From contig NW_027590175.1 of the NCBI RefSeq assembly GCF_964213995.1, forward strand, positions 806,001-870,000: DNA of 64,000 bases. The letters run 5' to 3'. Below, piece by piece: positions 1 through 11,415 of the stretch. This DNA comes from Mustelus asterias (Eukaryota). The notes beneath the pieces are model-generated. The model ran no database searches. It had not been told where the DNA came from and saw nothing but the letters and a program-made list of their open reading frames with translations. Each line of letters starts with the position of its first letter. Position 1 is the stretch's first letter. The translations under genes were made by a program, and so were the position numbers.

Positions 1-74
1 TCCTCAAGACATCACTATTCATTTCCCCAAGTTCCCTAACATCCATGCTTTTCTCAACAACGGATTTCTCAAAG

Positions 75-470
75 GATTGTGAATGAAGCCCAGTCCATTG
101 CGCAAACCTGCCTCCCATCCATTGACTCTGTGTACACATCCAGCTGCCTCGGAAAAGCAGCCAGCATAATCAACCCTCACACCCTGGACATTCACACTTC
201 CACCTTTTTCCATTGGGGAAATGAAACAGAAGTCTGAGCTCACGTACCAACCAACTCAAGAACAGCTTCTTCCCTGTTGCCGTCAGACTTTTGAATGGAC
301 CTACCTCGCACTAAGTTGATCTTTCTGTCCACCTGAGCTATGACTGTAACACTACATCCTGCACCCTCTCCTTTCCTTCTCTATGAACTGTATGCTTTGT
401 CTTGATAGTGTGCAAGAAACAATTCTTTTCACTGTATACTAGTACATATGATAATAATAAATCAAATCAA
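75..470 (+). mobile_element. Rex1/Babar-type LINE, degenerate 3' end
   Basis: Broken frames read LPSIDSVYTSSCLGKAASII..PHPGH..RSLSSRTNQLKNSFFPVAVRLLN, typical of the Rex-Babar ORF C-terminus. Ends in an AATAAATCAAATCAA tail. Confidence 0.6.
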
Positions 471-479
471 GTGCATCCT

Positions 480-692
480 TGGATCTTGTGGGAGTTTGGG
501 GAACTTGGGGATGAAATTGCAGAGGGCCTTGCAGAGGCATTTGCTTCATCCCTTTCCACTGGCAAAGTTCTGGAAGACTAGAGTGTGGCTAATGTTGTTC
601 CGTTGTTTAAGAAGGGCAGCAAAGAGAAGCCTGGTAATTACAGGCCGATGAGCCTGACAACAGTGGCGGGTAAGTTACTGGAGAGGATTCTG
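480..692 (+). mobile_element. CR1 LINE fragment
   Basis: Degenerate (P)ED*SVANVVPLFKKGSKEKPGNYRPMSL motif of CR1 ORF2. Confidence 0.7.
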
Positions 693-1333
693 GCCAACCT
701 TTGGATAATCAAGATCCGGTTAGGGAGAGTTGTCAGAGATCCTGGGTACCAGTACCTTTAGGCATTCTTAGTCGACTTGAGTACAAACAGCACTGGACAC
801 CACGCATAATCCAATGTGGGGCCTTTAATAACTTGTGCACAAGGAGAAACCCTGTGCAGCTGTCCCGCAAGTGGTTCTGATGTTACAGAAAAATAACTTG
901 GCAATAATAGTCAATTACAGCAAATCAGAAACCAGGAATGTTTCTAATCCTTCATTGATGGACACGTTCGCCAATTAAATCCTCGCTTTTCACCCTTTCG
1001 CATTCAAAATTGACTTCTGCTAATCTTTTATTTGCATAGCATATCCCCATATCTCACCTTTGGTATTTATTATGGAGAAATCTGGTCTTGCTCACCCTCT
1101 GGTGAAGGCCGAAAAGCAGAATGTTATGGGGCCTACGCAGGTGAAGATTAGCCTGTTCATGCTGAACTAGCAGACACTGACTCCTTTGAAGGTCTGCAAG
1201 CCGATAAACATTTTCACGAGCTGTTAAAGAGAAGGCAGGAAACTTTAATCTGAGCATTTCCACATAGTCAGCACTGCTCCGTGCATGTGTGAGAGTGGGC
1301 CAAGGCTGAGGCAGCTGTCCTATATATATTTAT

Positions 1334-1512
1334 AGAGAGAGAATAGACTAACATTTTGAGTCTGGATGACCCTTTGTCAGAACTCTGATGAAGGGTCATC
1401 CAGACTTTAAATGTTGGCTCTACTCTCTCTCCACAGATGCTGTCAGACCTGCTGACATTTTCCAGCACTTTCTGTTTTTGTTTCAGATTCCAGCATCCGC
1501 AATATTTTGCCT
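1334..1512. mobile_element. Penelope-like element terminal fragment, head-to-head inverted, with degenerate hammerhead motif
   Basis: GAGTCTGGATGACCCTTTGTCAG / CTGATGAAGGGTCATCCAGACT palindrome centred near 1382, followed by the CAGATGCTG..ACCTGCTGA..TTCCAGCA tail shared with 5190-5360, 13150-13625, 36805-36975 and 51283-51465. Confidence 0.6.
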
Positions 1513-2568
1513 TTATATGTATTTATAGATCCAAATGTGCTGTGTTAACAAAATGGACAGTTGCTAACCGTAATATAAAGCATCATGGGATTTAGCTGAC
1601 TTGACCATATTCCTATAGTTATTCAGTCATTAAAGACACAGTCATGGAGCATTAAACTTGCCTCGCAGGGCCCCTTGTATCAGCACACAGGCAGCTGCTT
1701 TGTGAGACTGCGAGCAGCACAGACAAGTCAGAGATAAGAGTGTCTTGAGAAAAGAGATTCATTGTGAAGGCTCAAAAACAGTTGATATGATGTAAGAATT
1801 CTATGATTCTAATGAACATTCTTTCCTCTCTCATTCCCCAAAAGCTGTAAATCTCCATCCCACACACTCTCCCTCCATTCTCACTCTGCTGTATCTAATA
1901 TTCACCCTCCCAATTCTCCTGAAGGTGCTGATTGAGGCTGATTGACAGATCCATGCTCACTGCTTCCTGTCCACCACACACAAATCATAAGAAACAGGAG
2001 CTGCAGTTGGCCATTCAGCCCATCGAACTGCCTCAACCATTCATTGAGAATTGGCTGATCTACCGCAGAATCATTTCCCACGCTATCCCCCAGATAGAGA
2101 GAGAATAGAGCCAATGTTTTGAGTCTGGAGAGAGGAAAGAATGTTCCATAGAAACTAGAATTGTGTGTTCTGAATTTCTATCCTGCACTGACACTGATGA
2201 TCTCTGTAAACTTGTTTTACAGGATATTGAAAGAGGAATCACAGGCCGAAATTTCAAACGTCACGTCTGGATCTGACAGAGTCATATTCCTTGGGAGCTG
2301 AATATCATCGGCCCTTGAATCTAGAAGGAGAAACAATTGTCCAGTCTGTTGAAAAGAGTTCAAATATCAGTGTGACTGGAAAAGCACCAACACACTGCCA
2401 CACTCGAGTGAGGGTGTTCCAATGCACTGACTGAAGAGCTTTAACCAGTTACACAGCCTGAATAAATATCACACCATTCACAGCGGGGAGAGACTGTACC
2501 CGTGTTCTGTGTGTGGACAAGGCTTCAACTGATTGTCCACCCAAGACAGAGGCAAGGACACCTGCACC

Positions 2569-3411
2569 ATGGAGAAACCATGGAAATGTGGGGACTGTGG
2601 GAAGAGATACAGATCCCCATCAGAACTGGAAGCTCATCGGCGCAGTCACACTGGGGAGAGACCATTCACCTGCTCTCAGTGTGGGAAGGGATTCACTCGG
2701 TTATTCCAGCTGCAGATACACCAGCGAGTTCACACTGGGGAGAGGCCATTCACCTGCTCTCAGTGTGGAAAGGGATTCACTCAGTCATGCACCCTGCAGA
2801 CACACCAGCGAGTTCACACTGGGGAGAGGCCCTTCATCTGCTCTCAGTGTGGGAAGGGATTCAGTCGGTTATCCAATCTTCAGACACACCGACGACTTCA
2901 CGCTGGTGAAAGGCCGTTCACCTGCTCTCAGTGTGGGAAGGGGTTCAGTCAGTTATGTCACCTGCAGACGCATCAGCGAGTTCACACAGGGGAGAGACCA
3001 TTCACCTGCTCTCAGTGTGGGAAGGGGTTCAGTCGGTTATCCAACCTTCAGACACACCAGCGACTTCACTCTGGTGAGAGGCCATTCACCTGCTCTCAGT
3101 GTGAGAAGGGATTCAGTCATTCATCCAATCTGCGCACACACCAGCGAGTTCACACTGGGATGAGGCCATTCACCTGCTCTCAGTGTGGGAAGGGATTCAC
3201 TCGGTCATCCAACCTGCGGGCACATAAGCGCGTTCACACTGGGGAGAGGCCGTTCACCTGCTCTGTGTGTGAGAAGAGGTTCACTTGGTCATCCGTCCTG
3301 CTGAGACACCAGCGAGTTCACACTGGGGACAGACCATTCACCTGCTCTCAGTGTGGGACGGGATTCACAGTTTCATCCCAGCTGCTGAGACACCAACAAG
3401 TTCACGAGTGA
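2569..3411 (+). CDS. C2H2 zinc-finger protein ZNF-1 (10 fingers, no effector domain seen)
   Basis: ATG in ACCATGG context (MEKPWKC), 280 aa of tandem CxxC-x12-HxxxH fingers with TGERPF linkers. Upstream acceptor TTTTACAG at about 2215-2222. Confidence 0.9.
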   Translation: MEKPWKCGDCGKRYRSPSELEAHRRSHTGERPFTCSQCGKGFTRLFQLQIHQRVHTGERPFTCSQCGKGFTQSCTLQTHQRVHTGERPFICSQCGKGFSRLSNLQTHRRLHAGERPFTCSQCGKGFSQLCHLQTHQRVHTGERPFTCSQCGKGFSRLSNLQTHQRLHSGERPFTCSQCEKGFSHSSNLRTHQRVHTGMRPFTCSQCGKGFTRSSNLRAHKRVHTGERPFTCSVCEKRFTWSSVLLRHQRVHTGDRPFTCSQCGTGFTVSSQLLRHQQVHE

Positions 3412-3771
3412 TTCCAGGCGTTGGATTCTGCTGTTATTGTTTCTGCTCTCAATTACATCCAGGACTGCATTTTGTTCGTTCTCACAGTTGGTGAATGGGG
3501 AGGGTCGGAGGGTTTCTTTCTGCTGGACTGGCCGGTCTCATGACTTTGTCTCCAGTGGGCTGATGCTCTTTGAGTCTTGTTGCGAATACCTGGTTTCACA
3601 TTTCACAAGGATCACAGAGTGACCGGGTGTGAGGAAGTTCAGAGATATTTAGTCAGCATTTCTGTTTGAAACCCCCCTAATACCCATCCAATTTCCTTTG
3701 TAATTGTTTATTGTCTCCACTTCCTCCACCCTCGTAGGCAGCGAGTTCCAGATCAGATCCAGATCCAGAAT

Positions 3772-4120
3772 GGGCGGCACGTTAGCACAGTGGTTAGCAC
3801 TGCTGCTTCACAGCCCCAGGGACCTGGATTCGATTCCTGCCTTGGGTCACTGTCTGTGCGGAGTTTGCACATACTCCTCGTGTCTGCGTGGGTTTCCTCT
3901 GGGTGCTCTGGTTTCCTCCCACAGTCCAAAGATGTGCAGGTTAGGTTGATTGGCCATGCTAAAATTGCCCCTTAGTGTCCTGGGATGGGTAGATTAGAGG
4001 GATTAGCGGGTAAAATATGTAGGGATATGGGGGTAGGGCCTGGGTGGGATTGTGGTCAGTGCAGACTCGATGGGCCGAATGGCCTCTTTCTGTCCTGTAT
4101 GGTTTCTATGATTTCTATGA
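3772..4120 (+). mobile_element. HE1-like tRNA-derived SINE
   Basis: GGCGGCACG..GCACAGTGGTTAGCACTGCTGC A-box head, GATTCGATTCC B-box, GTGTCTGCGTGGGTTTCCTC core, (TTTCTATGA)n tail. Confidence 0.85.
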
Positions 4121-5189
4121 TCATTACCATTCGCTGCACCAAAATATTCTTCCTCACGACCCCCCTGCATCTCTGACCCAAAACCTTAAATCTGCACCCC
4201 CCTCATCCTTGTCCCATCAGCTAATGGGAACAGCTTTTCTTTATCCACCTTATCTAAACCTGTCAGAATCTTGTCCACCTCTATCAAATCTCCCCTCAAC
4301 CTCCTTTGCTCCAAGGGGAACAACCCCAGCCTGACATCAACAATAAAGAACAAACTAACAGAATATGTTACTGCCTGAAATCAAATGGGAATGTTTAATT
4401 TCTGTTTTAAAGATATTGTGAATATATTGTCCTGGACAATAAAGGAATTGGAAAAACTCACCTTGGGTGTGGTTGAATGGAATATATCAATCTGGTATCC
4501 ACCTACAGTCTAGTGAAAGACTGGAACGTGTAGCTGGAAATCCCTCCCTAACAGCACTGTGGGTGTACTTACACCTCAGGCATTGTAGCAGTTCAGGAAG
4601 GCAGTGTTGGCGCTGATCGTGGCCGAGGCAGCTACAGACAGCCACATATTCTGTTATAATTGAAGGACAGCAGATTGAATGTGAGGCATTGTGGGACTGG
4701 ACTATCTTGACCACATTCCTGTGACTGCTCAGTTTCTGCAATCACGGACCATTAAAGCTGCTTAGCAGGGCCCCAACAGAGGACCTGGTGAGAATATTTA
4801 CTCAGAATGAGTTAGAATTAAACTTATTCCAGCAACAGCTGGTGTTCTGTGGCTGAGATACCCAAATCTGTAAAAATGGGGCCTGACAAATCTACAAACA
4901 GTGATAAGCAGTTGGTTAAGAAGCTAAGAAGTGTTCGCAGGCATTGTTTAAATTATTTTATCATAAATTTGTGATGAGAACTGTGAGGAACTTGTGATCC
5001 AATAGTCAGCGAAGTGATGGAATACTCCAAGTAGCACTGGACTGAAAAGCAGACATCAGAGTAGATACTAATGGTTATAATCTTACCCAAGCATGGCCAG
5101 TGAAAAATCAGAACTCAAGTGGGGACCGGACCGGTCTCTTACCTGCCATTTGGAAACTAAGAACAAGAAATTTATTGATAAAGTGATTA

Positions 5190-5360
5190 GGGAATAGAGC
5201 CAACATTTCAAGTCTGGATAATACTTCATCACAGCTCATATGAAGGGTCATCCAGTCTTGAAACATTGGCTCTATTCTCTCTCCACAGGTGCTGTCAGAT
5301 CTGCTGAGATTTCCCAGCATTTTGTGTTTTTGTTTCAGCGTCTGCAGTATTTAACTTTTA
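5190..5360. mobile_element. Penelope-like terminal fragment (inverted pair, degenerate hammerhead)
   Basis: ATGAAGGGTCATCCAGTCTTGAAACATTGGCT preceded by an inverted copy; same tail as 1334-1512. Confidence 0.55.
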
Positions 5361-6785
5361 TGATAAAATGATTCGGTCTGATTGGAATTCCCACAACCCT
5401 CCTGCAAAACAGAGGGAGTGGTGGCAAAAGGACTAAAATGTTCAGGATGATAAAGTCTGGGTTCTGATTCTCCGAGCCCATGTAGAATAAACAAAATGAG
5501 TGAACCAGTTTATAAAGAACAGAAGTTACCCATCCCTAACAAAAACTGATCATATTAAAATAATTAGGTTGAGGAAAATAACAAAAAATTAATAGATGAA
5601 GCTTAAAATCAAGTTTGTTTGGTTGATAGAGAAGTTTTTTAAACTTGTACAAAGTGACGTAATTGTGTGCCAAGTTTTTCCCGCTCACTCCCCACCCCTT
5701 TAGTTTCTGTAGAAAAGTTAACCCTTTCAGCAGACATTTGATTTGTTTTTAAATCACTCAGAAAGTCATCTGTCTATTTTAGTTTATAATTGAGGATTTA
5801 TGGGATCCAGTTAAATGTGGAAATTTACGCATAGCCTGGAGGAATTTGGAATAACTGAGAATTTTATCGTGTTGTCACCTCAACCCCAGGTAAAGAACAA
5901 AGATTTTTCCAGTGGTAACTTGTTTGCGATTTTGCCTATGAATCAGGTCTTGGAAGTTGGCTAAAAAAGGTTAGAATGAAGGATCTTGTATCTTATTCAA
6001 GGAGTTGTGAGCTTGTAGTGCTCTGTCGCTTTAAGAAGCTATAGCTGAGAGAGAGAGAATGCTGACGATTCATTGTTTGAAATTTACAAGCTGTGAGAAC
6101 CTGCATGTTTCATTTGTTTTATGGATGTTTGTAGATGCGTTTTATCATTGTTTTGGGCTACATTTGTTAAGGTTTATCTTTCTGGGAAATTAACTTTATC
6201 TTGAGTCTTTAATTAAAGGCATTTCTGGAAGTTTAAAAGCAGAACCACAAGAACGCTTAAGAAATTCATTCTGGTTATTGTTGTTGTAAAGCACATGCTA
6301 AGTTTCTCTGCTTGTGTATGGATGATATTTATGGATTCAATGCTTCAAGCTTTGAGGCTTTCTGTCTGTGATTTAAATCAAACAGATTTTAAAAAAGTAA
6401 GTGTGATTAATAAAGCTTTTTTTCATAAGTTATGAACCTGGAACCATATTTACTGGCCAGAGACAGGATTCCAGGATAGTTTACTAAACATGCAGGAATT
6501 TCAATCCAGATACAATTCACACGTGAGAATGAGAATTTTAATTTGTAATGGTTATTTAAAATTTGGGACATGTGAAATGATTCTGACCAATCCTGTGTTG
6601 GATTGATCTTGAGTTAAACTTCCTGTCGGATCCAAAGATTTATTCCTGACGCAATTAACACAATGAAAAGGAAAATTCTGGAATTGGATACTGAAGGAAA
6701 GTGTTGAAAAGGAGAAATTATGAAATAGAAATGATTCCCAGACCATGTGGTCATTAAATTAAAACAAAGAAAGGGCGCTGACATC

Positions 6786-7095
6786 CATGGTGGCACAGTG
6801 ACAGTGACGGCATGGTGGCACAGTTTTTAGCACTGCTGCGTCACAGCGCCAGGGACCCGGGTTCGATTCCCGGCTTGGGTCACTGTCTGTGTGGAGTTTG
6901 CATATTCTCCCCGTGTCTGCTTGGGTTTCCTTCGGCTGCTCTGGTTTCCTCTCTCAGTCTGAAAGACGTGCTGGTTAGGGTGCATTGACCTGAACAGGCA
7001 CCGGAGTGTGGCAACTGGGGGAATTTCACAGTAGCTTCATTGCAGTGTTAATGCAAGCCTTACTTGTGACAAATAAATAAACTTTAAAAAAAACT
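6786..7095 (+). mobile_element. tRNA-derived SINE (HE1/V-SINE-like, second subfamily)
   Basis: A/B boxes (GGTTCGATTCCC), the same core as HE1, a different 3' tail ending AATAAATAAACTTTAAAA. Absent from the paralogous site at about 43098. Confidence 0.8.
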
Positions 7096-7219
7096 AATTT
7101 TGAGAACTTTTAATCCACCCCTTTTCAAACGAAGGGAATCTCAGTACAAAGAAAGCCCAAGGATGGTAGGTAAGGAGTTTTGGAAAGCATCATGATGGGG
7201 GCAACTATCTGTACATGAG

Positions 7220-8925
7220 ATAGAACATAGAACAGTACAGCACAGAACAGGCCCTTCAGCCCACGATGTTGTGCCAAACCTTTTCCGAAACCAAAATCAA
7301 GCTATCCCACTCCCTATCATCCTGGTGTGCTCCATGTGCCTATCCAATAACCACTTAAATGTTCCTAAAGTGTCTGACTCCACTATCACAGCAGGCAGTC
7401 CATTCCACACCCCAACCACTCTCTGAGTAAAGAACCTACCTCATACATCCCTCCTATATCTCCCACCATGAACCTTATAGTTATGCCTCTTAGTAACAGC
7501 TACATCCACCCGAGGAAATAGTCTCTGAACATCCACTCTATCTCTCCCCCTCATCATCTTATAAAGCTCCATGAAGTCGCCTCTCAATCTCCTCCACTCT
7601 AAAGAGAAAAGCCCTAGCTCCCTCAACCTTTCCTCATAAGACCTACCCTCCAAACCAGGCAGCATCCTGGTAAATTTCCTTTGCACTCTTTCCAGTGCCA
7701 AATTTCCCTCTATCCCACACCTCCTTACTTTCTTCATGAGCTGACCATGGGGGACCTTATCAAACGCCTTACTAAAATCCATGTATATGACATCAACTGC
7801 TCCACCTTCATTGACACACTTAGTTACCTCCTCAAAAAATTCAATCAAATTTGTGAGGCAAGACTTACCCTTCACGAATCCGTGTTGACTATCCCGGATT
7901 AAGCTGCATCTTTCTAAATGGTCGTAAATCCTATCCCTCAGGACCTTTTCCATTAACTTACCAACCACCGAAGTAAGACAAACCGGTCTATAATTACCAG
8001 GGTCATTCCTATTTCCTTTCTTGAACATTCGCCACTCTCCAGTCCTCTGGCACTATCCCCGTGGACAGTGAGGACCCAAAGATCAAAGCCAAAGGCTCTG
8101 CAATCTCATCCCTTGCCTCCCAAAGAATCCTAGGAAATATCTCATCTGGCCCAGGGGATTTATCGACCTTCAGGTTTTTCAAAATTGCTAATACATCTTC
8201 CCTCAGAACATCTGCCTCCTCCAGCCTATCAGCCTGTCTCACACTCTCATCCTCAAAAACATGGCCCTTCTCCTTGGTGAACACTGAAGAAAAGTATTCA
8301 TTCATCGCCTCTCCTATCTCTTCTGACTCCATGCACAAGTTCCCACTACTGTCCTTGACCGGCCCTAACCTCACCCTGGTCATTCTTTTATTCCTCACAT
8401 AAGAGTAAAAAGCCTTGGGGTTTTCCTTGATCCGACCCACAAGGACTTCTCATGCTCCCTCCTAGCTCTCCTGAGCCCTTTTTTCAGCTCATTCCTTGCT
8501 AACTTGTAACCCTCAATGGACCCAACTGAACCTTGCTTTCTCATCCTTACATACGCTTCCTTCTTCCTCTTGACAAGACATTCAACCTCTTTTGTGAACC
8601 ATGGTTCCCTCACTCGGCCATTTCCTCCCTGCCTGACAGGGACATACCTATCAAGGACATGCAGTATTTGTTCCTTGAACAAGCTCCATTTTTCATTTGT
8701 GCCTTTCCCTGACAGTTTCTGTTCCCGTCTTATGCTCCCTAATTCTTGCCTAATCCCATCATAATTACCCCTCCCCCAATTATAAACCTTGCCCTGCCGT
8801 ACAGCCCTTTCCCTCTCCATTGCAATAAAGAAAGACACCAAATTGTGGTCGCTACCTCCAAAGTGCTCTCCCACAACCAAATCTAACACTTGGTCCGGTT
8901 CATTTCCCAGTACCAAATCCAATGT
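7220..8925 (-). mobile_element. CR1/HER1-like LINE, 5'-truncated, internally deleted and frameshifted
   Basis: ORFs 8395-9003, 8009-8440 and 7441-8028 carry GSDHN (endonuclease end), KSPGPD, GNYRPV, DFSKAFDKV. The RT core is deleted between GNL and ALERVQ. (GTTCTAT)n tail near 7220. Confidence 0.9.
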
Positions 8926-9954
8926 GGATGATATTGAACTGCGCTCGCAGGAAGTCTTACTCATGTTTGCAGCCAATCGTGAAACAAACAACAGCAACAG
9001 CACCGATCAGGCAGCCAAACCTCTCTCCATCTCCAGCTGGAGAAATTGGACTCTGAACAGTTGATCAGAATAAGGACTCACTGACGGAATTTATGATGGT
9101 AACCAATCCAACCCCGCACTTTGCATTGTCTTCGGGAGCTCCTGTCTGTCGCATTGTAAAATAGTAATTGCTTAACGTTGCAAAGCCAATGCGCAGAGTG
9201 GACTGGCCAAGCCAGAATCCATCTCCTAATTGCCCCCAAAACCAATTCAAATTGAATCTGATTCATGGTCCTCGCAAAAGATCCAAGCTGACATGAAAGA
9301 GCATCGCACCTGATCCTGGGCTCCATTTGATGCTTGATCCGAGTCCAAAGACCGATTTGCCGGCTTTTTGTTTTAGTTATATCCAATCAAAAACCGAATT
9401 GGTCCACTCAAAAGTCGCTGCAAGAGAGACGTTGCAGATCGAAGCCGACAACACAGGGTCCATTCCTCCAGTCTTGGACTTGATTAACAACATCCTAGCT
9501 GATTGGAGCAGGTATTATATTCCTTCCAGCGCTTGACCTGAGCTTCATCTTAGCAAAAGGCCCAGATGGCATTTTTCAAACATTGATTCAAAAGAAACCT
9601 CGATGTAACCTTATTGATTTCTATCAAGTGCAGGGTTAGTAAATTACACTTGATGTTAGACAAAGAATAGAATCTGGATAGATACAGCCACTGTGAGCAG
9701 TGCTGTTCTCAGCCGCATCAAAAAACACACACCCAGCGGAAACCACATTAACCTCGGACTAAACATTCACCCATTTGTTTTCCAGTCATGACCGAGAAAA
9801 TTAACTGCAGATTCCGATCAGACCGGCAGATCCGTCATCAAATCAGTTTACAGGTTAAACCAGTTTCTGATCAGTTGTAAATTCCCACAAACTCAGGGCT
9901 GGATATTCAGATCAGCTCCGGGAGAGATGTTTCTGTCCCTCAGACCAGACCCAC

Positions 9955-10075
9955 TGACGTCAAAGGGCTGCATGGTGACGCCTCACATGCCCGCATTCTG
10001 ACGTCACAGTGCCGGATACTCTGATGTCACAATGTCTGTTGCTCTGACGTCACAATGCGGGATGTTCTGACTCTT
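9955..10075 (+). promoter_or_regulatory. Periodic CRE (TGACGTCA) array upstream of TCR V1
   Basis: TGACGTCA at 9955, 9999 and 10045; variants TGACGCCT 9976, TGATGTCA 10022, TGACTCTT 10068. Spacings are 21, 23, 23, 23, 23 bp. Confidence 0.6.
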
Positions 10076-10282
10076 GCGCACGCTCCTCCCCCACACCCTA
10101 TCGATGCTGGAGCTCCCTCACTATTTCACTCCCTGATCAAAAGTCTCAGAGATCCAGCTCTGGTCGCGAGAGTATAACTGGTGTTGGGCTCAGATTCATG
10201 TCCAATAGCTTTGCTTTCCCAGGAGCTTTTCCTGTCCTGAGATCTTCCTACAACTGTTTTACAAGTGTCGATAGGTTCCGAC

Positions 10283-10801
10283 ATGAAGCTCAGCTTCGCT
10301 TCAGTGATCATCTCCCTGGATTTCTTACTCTTCCCTCAGTGTAAGTGTGGTCGCTATTTCTGACAGCTATATTTCACACATTAGCAATGCTACGTTCTGT
10401 TAAATAGTATTCTGTTTTGTTGTGTTATCTTGTATTATGCATTCAATTGTACTTCATTGTGCAACATTGTATTGCACTATGAGATTTTAATTTTATGATA
10501 TTATTGCGTATCTACATATCCTTCCCAGATGCCGCTGGTAGTGAAGAGGTATCACAGTCTCCAGAGTCTGTGGTGGTTACTGAGATAGACCTGGCATCGT
10601 TGAACTGTTCCACTACTGCAGCTGGACTGGTCCTACAATGGTACAGACAATACCCGGACCGAACCGTGCAGCACCTGGTGAGCGGTACCAGCGATCAGGG
10701 CAGGATCAGGGCTCGGAACATTGTTGCAGAGAAACGAAGCGTTCTGAATGTTGGTGGCACTCGGGTGACAGACACTGCTACCTATTTCTGTGCAGTCGAG
10801 G
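10283..10801 (+). CDS. T-cell receptor alpha/delta-type V gene segment V1 (leader exon 10283-10340, V exon 10529-10801), open frame
   Basis: Leader MKLSFASVIISLDFLLFPQ then T|GTAAGT (phase 1); acceptor TTCCCAG|AT; spliced frame YAAGSEEVSQSP..LNC..LQWYRQ..DTATYFCAVE directly followed by an RSS. Confidence 0.9.
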
Positions 10802-10840
10802 CACAGTGTTGTAAAGATCAATACGAGTCGTACAAAAACC
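10802..10840 (+). promoter_or_regulatory. 23-RSS of V1 (perfect consensus)
   Basis: CACAGTG (10802-10808) + 23 nt + ACAAAAACC (10832-10840). Confidence 0.95.
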
Positions 10841-11040
10841 TATAGAGGAGCAGTCCTGACAGTTTGTCGCCTGTGCTTCATCAAAGAGATAGACATTTTA
10901 TAAACTTTATTGTAGTAAATCCAGTGAACAACACAGCCCTCCAAATCTAAGCAAATCATTTCCTTCGCAAGCCGTACCGGGAGATATCAGCAGAAGTAGT
11001 CGTGTTTCATAAGTCATTTGCATCTGTTTGCGATTTTCTG

Positions 11041-11112
11041 GGTTCTGTGGTGTAATGGGTATTACTCTTGACTTTGAATCCAGCGATCTGAGTTCAAATC
11101 TCCGCAGCACCT
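11041..11112 (+). tRNA. tRNA-Gln(TTG)-like, probably a pseudogene
   Basis: GGTTCTGTGGTGTAATGG..GACTTTGAATCCAGCGATCTGAGTTCAAATCTC..ACCT follows the vertebrate tRNA-Gln body. Mismatches in the acceptor, anticodon and T stems; TTTT shortly downstream. Confidence 0.75.
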
Positions 11113-11415
11113 TGCTTTTCTTTGTCAATGCCGATGATTGCTTTGCTGAAGGACATTCCGCTTAAAGTTTTCACCAAGTGCGAATCGAGAGGACAATTTG
11201 CCAGCCTATTCCACTGCTATTGCAATGCACATTGCTGGGCCTCTGTCGACAGATGCCTGCAACATCAGTGTTTCTCTTTTTCATTTTCGCTCCTCTATAA
11301 CGCTCTGTCGATAGAAAGGAGCAGTTGGTGTCAAAGAGCAACAACCCTTATTGACCAAGAATGTGTATGTGTGAGATCTGAGTGAAAGACCTCCTGCCTT
11401 ATACCGGCGCCTGTT

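Noticed and set aside
731-887. Possible solo LTR (TGT...ACA)
   Set aside because: No target-site duplication or second copy visible, so it cannot be supported.
2530-2532. Conserved in-frame TGA as a selenocysteine codon
   Set aside because: It is TAA in ZNF-4 and ZNF-6, it is not at a Cys position, and upstream frames carry frameshifts; no SECIS recognised.
2502-3163. Long alternative-frame ORFs over the ZNF genes ([21 protein letters not shown] and [16 protein letters not shown] repeats; also at 24237, 24248, 31749, 49965, 50143)
   Set aside because: Frame shadows of the 84-bp finger repeat; no independent evidence of coding.
3772-3850. tRNA-like heads of the SINEs as tRNA genes
   Set aside because: They continue into SINE core and tail sequence and do not form full cloverleafs.
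4876-5110. Possible retroviral gag start (MGPDKS...AWPVK)
   Set aside because: Frames are broken and no other gag or pol motif is recognisable; too speculative without a search.
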